Under the pieces are notes generated by a model that saw only the letters and a program-made list of their open reading frames with translations, was not told where the DNA came from and ran no database searches. A program made the translations under genes and the position numbers. A stretch of DNA of 64,000 nt, taken from Amphiscolops sp. MND2022 (taxonomy: Eukaryota). Numbering within the stretch: position 1 is the first letter of the stretch; the number at the start of each line of letters is the position of its first letter. The stretch is taken from the NCBI GenBank assembly GCA_964187785.1, contig OZ076412.1:56420001-56484000 (forward strand), given 5' to 3'. Below, one piece after another: positions 1-12,194 of this stretch.

Positions 1-2
1 CC

Positions 3-209
3 GAATCGGAAGATGAAGACGATGATGATGATGACGAAGGAGAAATGCCGGAAAAAGCCGGAAAAACATATGACACATCGGAGAGAGGGGGACGATACGC
101 CCCAATACAAAAAGACCCTGAAAATGACGCAATACAAATCCACACAGATGGAGAAATGCCTCACAGTGAGAATACCGAAAATAATCATAGACGGTCAAAA
201 TACCAATAG
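3..209 (+). pseudogene. 3' end of an acidic low-complexity reading frame, probably the post-integrase tail of another retroelement
   Basis: Frame 3 is open from the window edge to TAG 207-209 (ESEDEDDDDDDEGEMPEK...RRSKYQ*) and abuts the truncated LTR at 212. No diagnostic domain. Confidence 0.3.
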
Positions 210-211
210 AC

Positions 212-752
212 ATCGAAAAATCGTAAGCCTATGCGCTGATTCCCACAGTGCCGATCGAAAATCAGACGGAACCAGCATGTCCGAGTGATTGCAGCGCCCG
301 GGCCCAGGGTTGTGTCAAACCCAAGAACCAGTGCCATGCCACCCAGAGTAATTTTAGACTTGCCAAACTGGATTTTCGTGCCCTTTTGATGTATTAGGTA
401 ATTGTTTGATGAATTCATTACTCGAGAGCTACCTCTGTTAATGTTAATGTCATTTATGATGAATTTCCATCTGGACCATTTAATTCAATTCAATGCAGCT
501 TAACCCAGGCTATTTTTACAGGCTACTTACACAGTGGGTACGAGGAAAAAAGCGTATTTCATGTGACTAGTAGCAGTTACAGACCGGAACCGGTCAGAAA
601 GCATCCTTAGAGACGGTTCCCTTTTCTCGGGACCGGCACTCCCTAGGAGGACGAAATGAACTGGAATCATGGCGATCAGTCCCGGATCATTACCTATGGC
701 TTCAGTTCCTCCGCCCTGCGTAGCGAATAAACGCTAAGCGCTTTTCGTTACA
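212..752 (+). repeat. 5' LTR, 5'-truncated (lacks the first ~197 bp)
   Basis: Matches 18218-18753 with about 17 substitutions and 2 small indels by hand count. Ends CGTTACA, with AATAAA at 726-731. Confidence 0.93.
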
Positions 753-777
753 TAGGAACATTTAACATGTAATTTTT

Positions 778-794
778 TGGCGACCACAGAGGGA
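778..794 (+). promoter_or_regulatory. Primer-binding site, tRNA-Arg(TCG)-type
   Basis: TGGCGACCACAGAGGGA versus TGGCGACCACGAAGGGA, the complement of the 3' end of vertebrate-type tRNA-Arg(TCG) as recalled (15/17). Confidence 0.75.
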
Positions 795-3287
795 TCGTCT
801 TTGGGAAGCTTTCCTGCATGGTTTTAAAACATCTGACCCTCCGGTGTCCAGCGCCAAGACAGTTTCGACTCTGAAAGAGAAGCCAGAGTTTTGCTCCTAT
901 TTCAACCGATTGCATGTGTTCCTGGTCGCTAGAACGAAGGAGACCGAGAAAACCCGAAGAAAATGCGTTTTCAAGTTCGAAAATGGCATCTTGAGGTTGA
1001 AAAAAAAACCGTAAATGCATGTGTTCGAATGTCATGATATGTCAGCCCATCAGCGGGTATTTGTTTTACAGGTAATGGCCTTCATAGCACGTGGCCACGT
1101 GTGTTAACAGGTATTTGCAGCTGTTTTTAGCTTTTTGAGCCATGTAAGACAGGTACCAATGAGCGACAATCCATACTCCACCAGGGCGAAGGGGATGCGA
1201 AATGGAGTGTCTGGGTTCGTCGATTCCCATTTCTCGTGGAGACGTCTGCGAGGGGTGAAATTTGGTGGACAGAGAGAACAACTCCTAACAAAGCTAATGG
1301 TCCAAGCCGCAGATCTCTAGCTGGTCTGGGCATGGAGAAATTGCGTGGCGAAGATGCACCCCCTGGGGCCAGCAATGTCGCCCAGATGGATCATGGTTCG
1401 TGGAAATTTTGAGTTTGCCCCTTTTTTCATGGGGAATCGTTGGTGCAGGTCAGTGACTCTTTTTTGCAATGTTCCCAGTGGAACGCTTTTGAGCGAAGAG
1501 AACGGCGATTTTTGTAAAAAAAGACGAATTTTCGTGTTTTTCGAGCATTTTTTGGTTGGAGTCCAGGCACTCCGTAATTCCAAGTTAGCATTGTCAGTAT
1601 GGTGGCAAAAGTAGCCTCGGAACTTGAGGGAACTGAGAAAAATAATACTCAAAGGTTCTCGTAACCCTTTTAGGCGAAAGAGTGGAAATTTGCAGTAAAA
1701 AGCGCGAAAATTGGGGAAAAGGGTGGCAAACACCCTAAAATCACTATGGCACCTAGGTGTAGAAGCCTGGGGCACTGTTGTAAAGGAGTTTCTCGGGTGA
1801 ATCACAACCCCAGGGCACTGGAGATAGCTTCTGCTGATCGATTTACGGGTATAAAGACCAGAAAAAGTTGAAATTCTCGCAATTTCGACTGTTTTTGACC
1901 CTTGTAGAGTATAGTGTGAAAAACCCTATTAACCAAACCTTAAATCAACCTTAAGAGCCTAGGCGCTCTAATTTTCTGTTTGTGTAATAAAAAAAACGCA
2001 TTGTGGTGAAAACCGCGTGCGAAAATTCCTGTTCAGTGCTGAGAAAAGTGAAAAAACGCACTGAATTTGATCGAAATTCCACAAAACCGGACTGCCTGAT
2101 TGCCAGGGTTGGGACATAAATTTCCAAACCCTAGCTAAAGCGTGATTACATTTTCGTAACCACCACTAAAATAAACACTCGTACCAAAAAATTGGTGGGT
2201 ATAGCTCTCACCAAAGTTGAGAAAAACTCTCTAACGTTTCCACTTAAAATAGTACCGAAATAAACCCAAAAAAGGCCGAAATTGTAGAGCCGACGGTGTC
2301 CTACACAGAACGGGTACTGCCAATCGGGGGTTAGTAATACTGTTACGACCCGTGGGGCAACGCGTTAACCCCACTTACCCTGCCGTAACATTTGTGGTGT
2401 CGAACTTCTTTGCCGATTTGTGAAAAAAGTGTCAAAAAAGTCTGTTTTTTCAAAAGTAGTGTCCAGATCTACCCGAAGTCCTCTGCAAGCCCAAGCGCTG
2501 CAATAAGACTATCCCAACGGCATTGTAGGTACCTACTGGCAGCGTATGCCAAGTTTTGTGTCGATCGATACGATGGTCATCGATAAATAGACGGAAACGC
2601 ACTGCACAAAAACAGGTACAAAAAGCCGTTTTTTCCAAGTTTTTTGGGAAGACCCGAATGCCCTAGCCAAAGAGTGAGATCGGTTTATTGCTCACCAACG
2701 TAACAGATACTAGTTGGCACACTGCTAGCGGAAAAACCAGACCGCTGACTGCAACCAGTGCTCAGAATTGTGTGATTAGAGTGCATTTTGACCTCTATTG
2801 ATACATAGGAGTACCGCACGTCTGTACCAAGGCGAAACAGTGTACAAGCATCAGAGCCCGTATTAGTGCTCAATTCCTTGTACCTACGTGTGTGCAGGAC
2901 TTTTTGGTCAATTTTGAGCCAAATCCGACCCTTGAGTGACGAATACGTGCCACTCGTGTCATTTTGTGAAAAACTATTACGTGTGTGATTTTGAGCCCGC
3001 TACGGCACTTGAAAGCAAGTTTGACCTTCGCGAGGCGTTCTGTAATTGAAAATTGCTTAAGTCCACGTCGAGAGGACAGGAGGCCTAACATAGTCTGATA
3101 ACTTTCCGTGTCCCCTGGGAACGGATTGGGTGACCTCAAGACACCTCGTAGTCAGGTTGGACGCTTGTCACACCGGCAACGATTCGAGAAGTAGGTATGG
3201 ACGAACGGCAGTACGGCCCAGTGAGTCGAAACGGGAGATACTGGTGCATCATCTTGTGACGTATCTTAGATCAAATGGTGAGGCATC

Positions 3288-5992
3288 ATGTTTTGGGCGG
3301 GCGTAGCAACCGTAGTCCGACTGTTCACGCATAGCACGGAAGAAGGTAGCGAACCCAATGCGTCTGACGCTACCGATTGGAGCGAACTGCAAGAGATAAG
3401 CTCGACCCAACGCGAAAGTTCAGACACCATAAGTCAGGTGAGTCTGAGAGAATGGCCACCTAAGAAGTCATTATTGACTGGTTCCTCCTTTTCAGAAGCA
3501 ATGAGTGACTGTGTTACTGCCGATCAACAACGGCGAGAAGGGCAAAATGCTATGGCCATGAACTCACCCCTATCGGAAGAACTTATCCTCACAGGACAAT
3601 GGATCCAAGACAACAGAGGTGAGTTAACATCGCCTCAAACGGCTGGATTGTGGCCCAACTCCAACCAAACGGCCGCGGAAGTAACCCTTGTGCGCACTGG
3701 GTGTTCTGGAACACCCAAAGACAACGAAAGCCCAGCTAGTAAAGATACCGATGCTATCTTGGAGGGCATGACTTATGTCGGTGGGATGAACTATGCTAAG
3801 TATCGCCTGGAGGCTTGTCGAGCGAAAATCTCTGCCAAGCAAAAAACGCGTCCTCCAACACTGTCTGCAGGACGAGTTAGCTCGCGATGATGCCACGTCC
3901 ACTACCTCATCACGAAGGTCTTCGGCCTATCGGGCTGTCGAGGAAGCCGCTGCCGCAGGGACTGCAATGTTGCAAGCGGAAACTGAAGCCCAACGAGCCT
4001 TAGCACGTCTGGCCGATACCCGTGCCTAATGCAATGAACAGCACAAGGTCATGAATGCAGAATTGGAAGCCTTGCAGGACTCCGTGAAAGGTAGCCTGAG
4101 GAGCGCGACCCAGCAGACCACAGTGCAAGCTGCGAAAATAGACGCCATGTGCTATCGATTGGAGGAAATGAAGGACTTATTTCTCCAGCGCGAACTCCGC
4201 GTGCAAGCACGACTGGATGAACTCAGTGATCAGAAACGCACTCAACGTGGAGCTGCATCTCACACAAGGACCCTTGAGACAGAGCACGCTGAAACTGCCG
4301 AATCTATTGCATCCACGAGTAAGATGATGCCCCCCAACCCGTCAAAAACGCTGAAGACAAGCCCCAAAACGCAGCCCAAAGTAGTCATACCACCACCAAT
4401 AAACAAGAGAACCACAAAAGTGCACGTATGCACGCCCAACCCACTTAGTGACACCTCAATGCCACCGGCGACGTCGCTGACCCGAACCCGGGATCAGGGA
4501 GCAGACGCAATGCCGATCACATCGTCGACTTTTGACTTGACCGACACCAGGGCAACTGCTGGTTCACACTCTAGCAGCACAGAGGACGAAGCCTACGCTA
4601 CCGCCAGGATGAGAACTGGATCTAATTCACTGTTCTTGACTGCGAGCGAAGGAATGCTCACCGGCAAGCCTTGTGCCAGCAGTACTCGCCAGAAAGATAA
4701 CGCGAATGGTGAATTTTCCGTGCAGGCATCTAGAGGCAGTCAAGACAATTCTCCAGCCCCTAGCGAGGGAGAGGAAGTAATATCCCCAGAGCAGCTGCGA
4801 TTTACAGCCGCCATTTCAAAGGCAAGGTCCAAAGAACTGGCCCCTTTGCTGGCTGGACGTGACCAAACGCAAGCTAAGCCTAGCGTCTACAGGGGATCCA
4901 AGGAAGGATCCATTGATGGTTGGATCCTCGTGATGCGGCGTTATTTACAGCGCACGCAAGCCGAAGCAACCCCTGACGATAAAACTTGGAGCCTTATCGG
5001 ACAGCTGGAAGGTGAGGCTCGCTGCCGAGTCTGAAAGGGATACCCCTGAAAAAGTATTCGAATTGTTAGCTAGTCGATTTGGGACTGGAGGCAACCGCAT
5101 GCAGGTGCGCCAGGCCTTCACCACCCGGCAGCAATCCGACAGGGAAGACTGGATGCAGTATTTGGACGCCCTGGAAGGACTTCGAAGCCAAGGCTTTCCT
5201 GAAGAGCCCGTCACAACCAAACGTTACGAAATCGTCCAGCGCTTTGTTGAGGGTATTCGTGATCCCGTCCTACGAAGGGAACTGTCCATCATCTATGCGT
5301 CTGAGACCACTGTTAGCGAACCTCCTACGGTAGAATCCTTGCGATTCACGACCCGACAATTGCAACGTACTAGACCCAAGTCTGTACCGTATGATCCCAG
5401 ATATGCCATGAGATCAAGTCCTCATCCCTTTGCACCGTTACCACCGAACAAGATGGTGTTTCCTCAAGGGGTTCTAACACCCCCTCCTGTAAACCCTGTA
5501 AACAACGCCCTAGCAAACGCGGCGGCAGCACCACCTGTAGCACGCCTTCCAATAGGCGCTTGTTTCAACTGTGGTCAGACTGGCCACTTCGCTCGAGATT
5601 GCCCCAATCGCTACCAAGCTCGCAAACCTGCAGCTGTGCCAGAACCAGAAGAAGTAAAAATATCTGCTGAGGACGTGACTGATGGGATTCTGGACAACTA
5701 TCCTGGAATTCGCCAATGCGCTCACTGTGGCATATTCGGCCACATGGACTCACCGTGCACTGGAAATCTTGTAATTCCAAACGAAGAACTCGCTCACAAT
5801 CGATGGGCAGAGGTAGAGTTGGCCGGTGTTGCTGCCCAAACGGTGCCATTAGAGGACGACCGCGTGCTAATGCTACACCCAGCGGAACCACCTGCGTTCT
5901 ACACTCCACTGACTATCACCTGCGGCGCAAAGCAAGTCCAAACTTGTCTAGAGCCAACCACGTTCGACGACCCCCCCAGGGACGAACGTTGA
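3288..5992 (+). pseudogene. gag: gag, frameshifted (pieces 3288-3890, 3793-4029, 4051-5034, 5012-5992)
   Basis: Capsid-like segment (KPSVYRG...DGWILVMRRYLQ...FELLASRFG...QRFVEGIRDP) and two CX2CX4HX4C knuckles, CFNCGQTGHFARDC and CAHCGIFGHMDSPC. Confidence 0.88.
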
Positions 5993-6087
5993 TCTCTACT
6001 CACCTAATGTTAGCTGCAGAAGAACTGCGTCGGCCAACATTAACGTTAGCCAAATTGTAGGTTGAACTACAAACCTTAAACAAACGC

Positions 6088-6936
6088 GTGGAAAGACCCC
6101 GTCCCAAGGAATGGTACGCCCCAGGGGACTCTGACACACTCACAACTTATTCTCCTGTGCCCATCTGCGCCACGATGGATGGAGTAGATGTGATGTTTGA
6201 AGTCTGTGTAGTGGTGGACGTCTTTCCTCCTGGAATCTGTTTGGGTGCGCCGGAACTCAAGTGCTACAACATTATTCATCAAGAACCTACTGGTGAGGCA
6301 CGGATAGACGAGCGCGCCTCACTTGTAGTCTCCTTCGTTGTGCCCCAGGCGGCACCAATCCCTTTGCGAGGCCTTGTTGACACAGGCTCAGGCGTGTCTA
6401 TCCTAACCTTTTCAGCTTTCAACCGTATAGGCGCTCAAACAGGCACTGTACTGAAACCTTACCAAATCGATTTGTATGCCGCCAACGGCAAAACAATCGA
6501 GACCTTTGGATTGGCAGAGCAGATCCGCTTCCAGCTAGGAGGCTACCAACTTGAAACCAATTTTGTCGTAGTGGATGATGCCATGGGCGTGGAGGACTTC
6601 CTACTAGGTCGTAACTTCCTCCGAACCTACCAGGTGCTCGTGGATCTGACCTCCATGAAGATTTTGGTACGCGCGCAAGTGAAACTTGTCTGGCATCATG
6701 CACATACACAGGTAGGCGATCCTTCCGTAGCCACTTCCGTCGCTTTAGACAGCGAGTTGGTTCTGCAGCCATGCGAACGAACGGTGGTCAAAGCGAAAGT
6801 GGTCACTGACGACCTTGAACCGTTGATATTCCAAAATGTGATGTTGAATGCGGCAATAGCCGACACATCGCTGCAAAACATTGTGTTTTTAGAGGACAGC
6901 GTTGCCACTGTGGCCATGTTTTTGTCAGCGTGCTAA
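6088..6936 (+). pseudogene. pol: Aspartic protease region of pol
   Basis: LVDTGSGVSIL (Asp near 6379), YAANGKTI flap and FLLGRNFL. Followed by the beta-rich linker typical of Gypsy pol. Confidence 0.9.
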
Positions 6937-7369
6937 ACCTGACCAGCAACCCACAACGGATACGAAGGGGATTTCAGCTGGGTAACGTGGTTCCTGTGTC
7001 ATTGGTCTATCGAGCCATTCCACAACAGTCTGCACCCAAACCAGCTCTACGAACTCAGGTCGATAATGACCAATTTGCGTTTGTTAACAAAATTTATGAA
7101 GAGATGAATTACGATACTGATTCACAATTAACTTCTTCTTCTGAAGTTGAGCTTTTGTCCTCAACAGACCCTACTGAGGAAAGTCTCTCAGAACGCGAGG
7201 TACGTGGGCGTACGGATCCCGAACTCATGGCTCCAGTACAGGGACCTGAGTCACAGCTTAAAGAGGTCCAGAACCTATGGTGTCCCAAGGCCTGCGCCTC
7301 ATTAGAAAACATTTTGACCGAATTTGACGATTTGTTCATGAAACACAAGGCTGACATTGGTGCACCATA

Positions 7370-8700
7370 GCCAAACACCCCGTTGAACTAGAACCAGGCG
7401 CAGTACCCCACCGTGAGGGAGCAAGACGTATGTCCCCTGAAAAGGCAGAACGCGCTAATCAGGAGGTACGTAATTTGCTCGTATTGGGTATGATTCAACC
7501 CTCCCTGTCACCTTGGGCAAGTGGGATAGTCATGGTCAAGAAAAAGAATGGCGAGTTACGCTTTTGTTGTGACTTCCGTCCTTTGAATGAAGTCACCGTC
7601 AAAGACGCGTATCCATTGCCTCGGATAGATGAAAGCCTCGCCAGGCCGGGCAAAGCTAAAATCTACACCAATATAGACCTAGCTTGGGCTTTCTGGCAAA
7701 TTCCTGTCCGAAAAGCCGACCGTCAAAAAACTGCCTTCGCCTGCGAGCTAGGACTGTTTGAATGGCGACGCAAGCCCTTCGGGATGTGCAATGCCTCTGC
7801 TACCTTCCAAAGAGCAATAGAACGGGCCCTACGTAGGATCGTGAATCGTGAAGGTAGCATGGTGATGGCCTACATCGATGACATCGTTAACGCCACAGAA
7901 ACAGTGTAGGATCACATGGTACGGCTTCGTGAGGTTTTTGAATGCATGCGAGAAGCTGGCTTCAAAATGAGAGTTGCCAAATGCGACTTTATGAAGTCCG
8001 AGATCAAGTAACTTGGTCGCGTAGTGTCAGCAGAAGGAATAAAGCCGGATCCCAAGGCTGTGTCGAAGCTACGTGACTAGGAAATCCCGCGTAACAAAAC
8101 AGAGATGCAAAGCTTTCTAGGCTTCGCCAACTATTACCGTGAGTTTATTCCTTGGCACGCCAAATTGGTGGCTCCCCTGCATGCGATCACCGGCATCAAA
8201 GCCACTTTTTCTTGGGTAACGGAACAACAATTGGTTTTCAACGAAATAAAAAAAGCACTCATCGATGCCACCGCTCTGGCGCAACCGGATTCCGAAGGAG
8301 AATTTGTGCTGGATGCTGATGCCAGTGCTGTTGCAATTCCAGGCATTCTCCATCAGTGACAAGGCCCACCAGGAGAAAGGCGCCTACGCCCCATCGTATA
8401 TGGCAGCAAGAAGCTTACTGCCACCCAAGCCAAATACGGAGCACCGAAACTAGAAATGTACGCGGCATATCATTTCATCATGTCAAAAACCACAGCTACT
8501 TGTGTCCCCGAAAGTTCACGCTGAGAGTGGTTAATCAAGCGCTTTCAGGCTAAAAACGTATTCCACGGATCAAGCTCTTATTGGCAGATGGATCATGGCA
8601 TCGGAAAAATACCATTTCTGTGTCGAACATCGACCACGAACGCAACATCGCAATGCCGATGTTTTGTCCAAACGCACCAATGATTGCCGATGGAGAGAAC
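7370..8700 (+). pseudogene. pol: Reverse transcriptase and RNase H of pol, disrupted
   Basis: SPWASGIVMVKKKNGELRFCCDFRPLN, YPLPRIDE, PFGMCNASATFQR, YIDD (7871), QSFLGFANYYREFI, FVLDADAS and HRNADVLSK. Several stops and frameshifts. Confidence 0.95.
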
Positions 8701-9478
8701 GACAGCTTGAAAAACAACACCAGTTGCAGAGCGTTGGAATTTCCTATCCCAGGACGAATACGAACGGCTCCCCACCGCACCTTGGTTTGATCAGCAAGGA
8801 CGGGTAATTCCCAATCATCCTGAGTTACCAATACACCTGAAGAATCTACAACCAAATCCCCCTGATCTGGTTCAACGAGTGATTCGTCGCTCAAAACGAG
8901 CAAAGAGGCGGGCTAAGCGGACCGAAGCCTTACACAGTCCACTACCCTCACCGCCCCCTCCCTTCCTACACGCCCACGAAGACTTCTATCCTGAGTACCC
9001 AGAAGACTGGATAGAAGTCACTGAAGAAGCCCGACATGATTATTTACTGCCCACGCATGCAACTAACATTGCCTCACGTACTACCTATGACGTGGCTAAC
9101 ATCGAAGGCGCAACACTGCACAATGCGCCTACCCACATCAAGCAGGCAGTAATGGCCATTCGCAGTGTGAAAACTGAGCTTCACGAACATACCCACACTG
9201 TCCATGGGATCAAGGACCTGGTATTGGCCCAGAACCGGGACGTTCATGTCCTAGCGATCAAAAGGCTAGTCCACGGAGAAGACATAAATCAAGACATCTT
9301 TCCGGAAGATGTTCGTACTTTTGCCCGCAACTACTTTGAACAAAAGAAGGAGTTACTGGTCTTGAACTCTAATGGTGTTCTCTGTGTGAAATACCCGGCT
9401 TCACAGCGTCCACTGCATGAGCGACCCTACATGATTGTGATGCCTCAGTTGTACCAACACGAGATCCTTTTTCGTGCA

Positions 9479-10500
9479 CATGATGCCATGGGACACCAAG
9501 ACATTAGCAAGGTTGTGGCTCGCATACAAGAACGCCATACCTGGCCTGGGATACGCCGCACAGTGTGTGAATACTTCAGCCAATGTCTCACGTGCCAACA
9601 GGTCAGAGACAAGCCTGGAGACGTACGCTTCCACCTCAAAAACATTCAAAGTGGATATTTTAATGAGTTGGTGCAATATGATCATATGAAAATCTGTCCC
9701 ACTGATGACGGTAATACCGGGATCTTGGTCATAATTGACCATTTCTCGAAATTCGCCGAAGCCATCCCTTGTAGTCATGACGAATATAACGCCATCACCA
9801 CTTCCCGATTATTGCTTCAGATGTGGTTCGCTCGCCATAGTACACCCACTCGGATGCAATCGGACAATGCTCCGAATCTTACGGCGGAAGTTTCCAATGA
9901 ATTCATGAAGGCCTCTCAGGTCACAAAGGTAACCTCCACAGCTGGCCATCCACGTACGCAAGGCTTAGTGGAACGCCAAAACCGTACTTTGCTCACATTA
10001 TTACGCATTTCTGTTCGCCTCGAATGCGCGACTGGGACCAGCACCTGGATGAGGTCCTTGGCGCGTATAACTCTACACGCCATGCAACCACAGGGTTTTC
10101 ACCCTATATGTTAACCCGAGGTACAGAAAAGGCAATACCTCTTACATATTTGTACCCTGAGTTTGCCACTCAGTCTTTTCCTACACATGATGCGTATGTA
10201 GACCATGTGTTGGCGCGCCAACAGGAAATTCATGACCTGGTGCGTAGAAACACACACCAAGCTCAGCTGCGACAATGCTTAAATACGATCACGCAATAAG
10301 GGCCAAAGCCTACGCGAAAGGCAATTTAATATGGGTTTTGTGTCGGTATGTTCCCCAAAAAGGTTCTCCCAAATTAATGCGCGCTTAGCGTGGCCCACAC
10401 CGTGTGGTGCACACCTTACAAGATGGACGTGTTTACATCCTTGACACAGGTCAAAAGGTCCATTTTGAACGTCTCAAACCGCACATTAGTGGCCCCCTTG
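9479..10500 (+). pseudogene. pol: Integrase (HHCC, DDE core, GPY/F-like tail)
   Basis: HDAMGH...CLTC, YDH, IIDHFSKFAEAIP, MQSDNAPN, HPRTQGLVERQNRTL, AYNSTRHATTGFSPY, RGPHRV. Confidence 0.95.
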
Positions 10501-11165
10501 AATTTGTCGCCACTCCTCTTGATACCGGCGACGTAGCCGTGGCCATGGACCTGGAGTCCGAACACTCCATAGAACCCACCAATGATGACTGTTCTAAACT
10601 CTCCTATAAATCTGAGCACCTGCTTTCAGAGACTTCGAATGCTTCTTTACCTTCTAGTCAGCGTCACTGGATGGACACGCGATTGCGCACAAAGCTGCGC
10701 GCGGGAGGAACCCGACAGCATTACCAGCAGTTCGACTACTCCACTTCCGACACAGACGAAGAGACGCATGACGAGATGCTTCCCATCCCTACCTACTCCC
10801 CACAACAAGTTCACACCCAACACCATCCTGAAGCAATCACCGACCCATCGGCACCTGACCTTTTATCAGATGTATCGTTGCTCAGCGGTCTCCCGCAACT
10901 GTTTTCCGATCATGAGCCAATGCGCTCACCTTCACCATACATTTCACGGTAAAGTAAAACAACGGAGCTATCCCCAATGGGCACCTCTGCTCCGTTGCTG
11001 ACTCAACCTTCCTTAACCGGCTACCTCAGCAACTATCCTCTTTGGCCGGATCGCGGTAAAGATTCTACTGTGCCATCTTCCCGTCCATCTTCACCCTCAG
11101 GATCTATACCCTCGGTCACCATAACGGTTAAGTCACCACAACCTCCACCCACCGCTCCTTCTATC

Positions 11166-11198
11166 AAAAGGGGGAGGGGGAGGGGGAGACCTCGGAAG
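11166..11198 (+). other. AT-hook-like motif in the post-integrase extension
   Basis: KRGRGRGRPRK contains the GRP core flanked by basic residues. Confidence 0.65.
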
Positions 11199-11636
11199 AT
11201 AACTCATCAGCAAAAAGTCAAGGGCAAAACAGTGCCCAAAGTACGAAAATTAAAACCGAGCACCCAAACGGAACCGATCTCAGAACCGATACCAACTGAG
11301 ACACAGACGACAGCCCAGATACAAATGTGGCACATGTGCCCTACGCGATTGAGTATGCGTGCTGGCAATGAACGAAAAGCGAGATGTTCCCACTGGAGCC
11401 CGGGGAGTCCCCCAGCAGGGACGGCAGCATACCGAACTAGTTCACCGCATCATTGTACGAGCAGAAAAGACCTTCTCTGGGGTGGAACGGACTGAAAAAT
11501 ATCCAGTCGAGACAATTTTGCAACAAATGGCGACACCAGGCGTTGCAAAAGCACCATGTCCTAGATCAAAGAATGGACTAGTGATGGCAAGGGCTTAGAG
11601 TTTACGCTAGCCACTGTGGTACCCCCGGTACCTCCC

Positions 11637-11981
11637 AGCATTGTGTTCGGACCATTTAATTTTGAAAGAGAACAGGTGCAAATGGCCAAGTGCATCACTG
11701 CTGACCTGTTACTTGATCGGCATGGAGTGGAAGTGCAACCAGCCGGTATCTACAGCCCAGTCCCATACTGGTGGCTCATGGTAACCGCATCCCGCGTCGA
11801 CGCGTTAGTAGATCCTCAACATTTGCTATTATGCTTAGAGAGTCTCAGGACATCCACGACAGAAAACCTGATTCTTTGTTTCCACTTGATAGATTTGTAT
11901 CGAGGCAAGGTGAAATTCCGTTGGTGGTTAGAGTTAATCATCACGTGTTTCACTGACTATCCGCGAATCCGTTTGCTGGAT
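11637..11981 (+). pseudogene. Macrodomain-like repeat 1 (TARG1/OARD1/Poa1p type), degenerate
   Basis: GPFNF...MAKCITADL...YWWLMVT...LLLCLESL...LCFHLID...WWLELIITCFTDYPRIRLL follows the OARD1 pattern GDLF..LAHCISED..IYYLITK..LQKSLEAM..LSMPRIG..VSAMIEEVF..IKITV. By-eye alignment. Confidence 0.55.
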
Positions 11982-12194
11982 GAATGGATCCATACTTTTG
12001 AGGAACCCCTACAAGTCAAAGCAGCCATAAGCACGCTGGACATCTGGGTTCGAGCAAACGTAGACAACCAAGCACTACCACGCTCTGTATGGCAGGATCT
12101 GGCCAGCATACAAGGTCGTACACCACGTGTGTGTAGACCTGCGGACAACGGACCTGGTCGAGAAATAGTATATCCAGGTAATCTGTGTCCCGAC

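Noticed and set aside
1317-1805. 162-aa minus-strand ORF (and overlapping short ORFs) in the leader
   Set aside because: No recognisable motif; composition fits a chance ORF.
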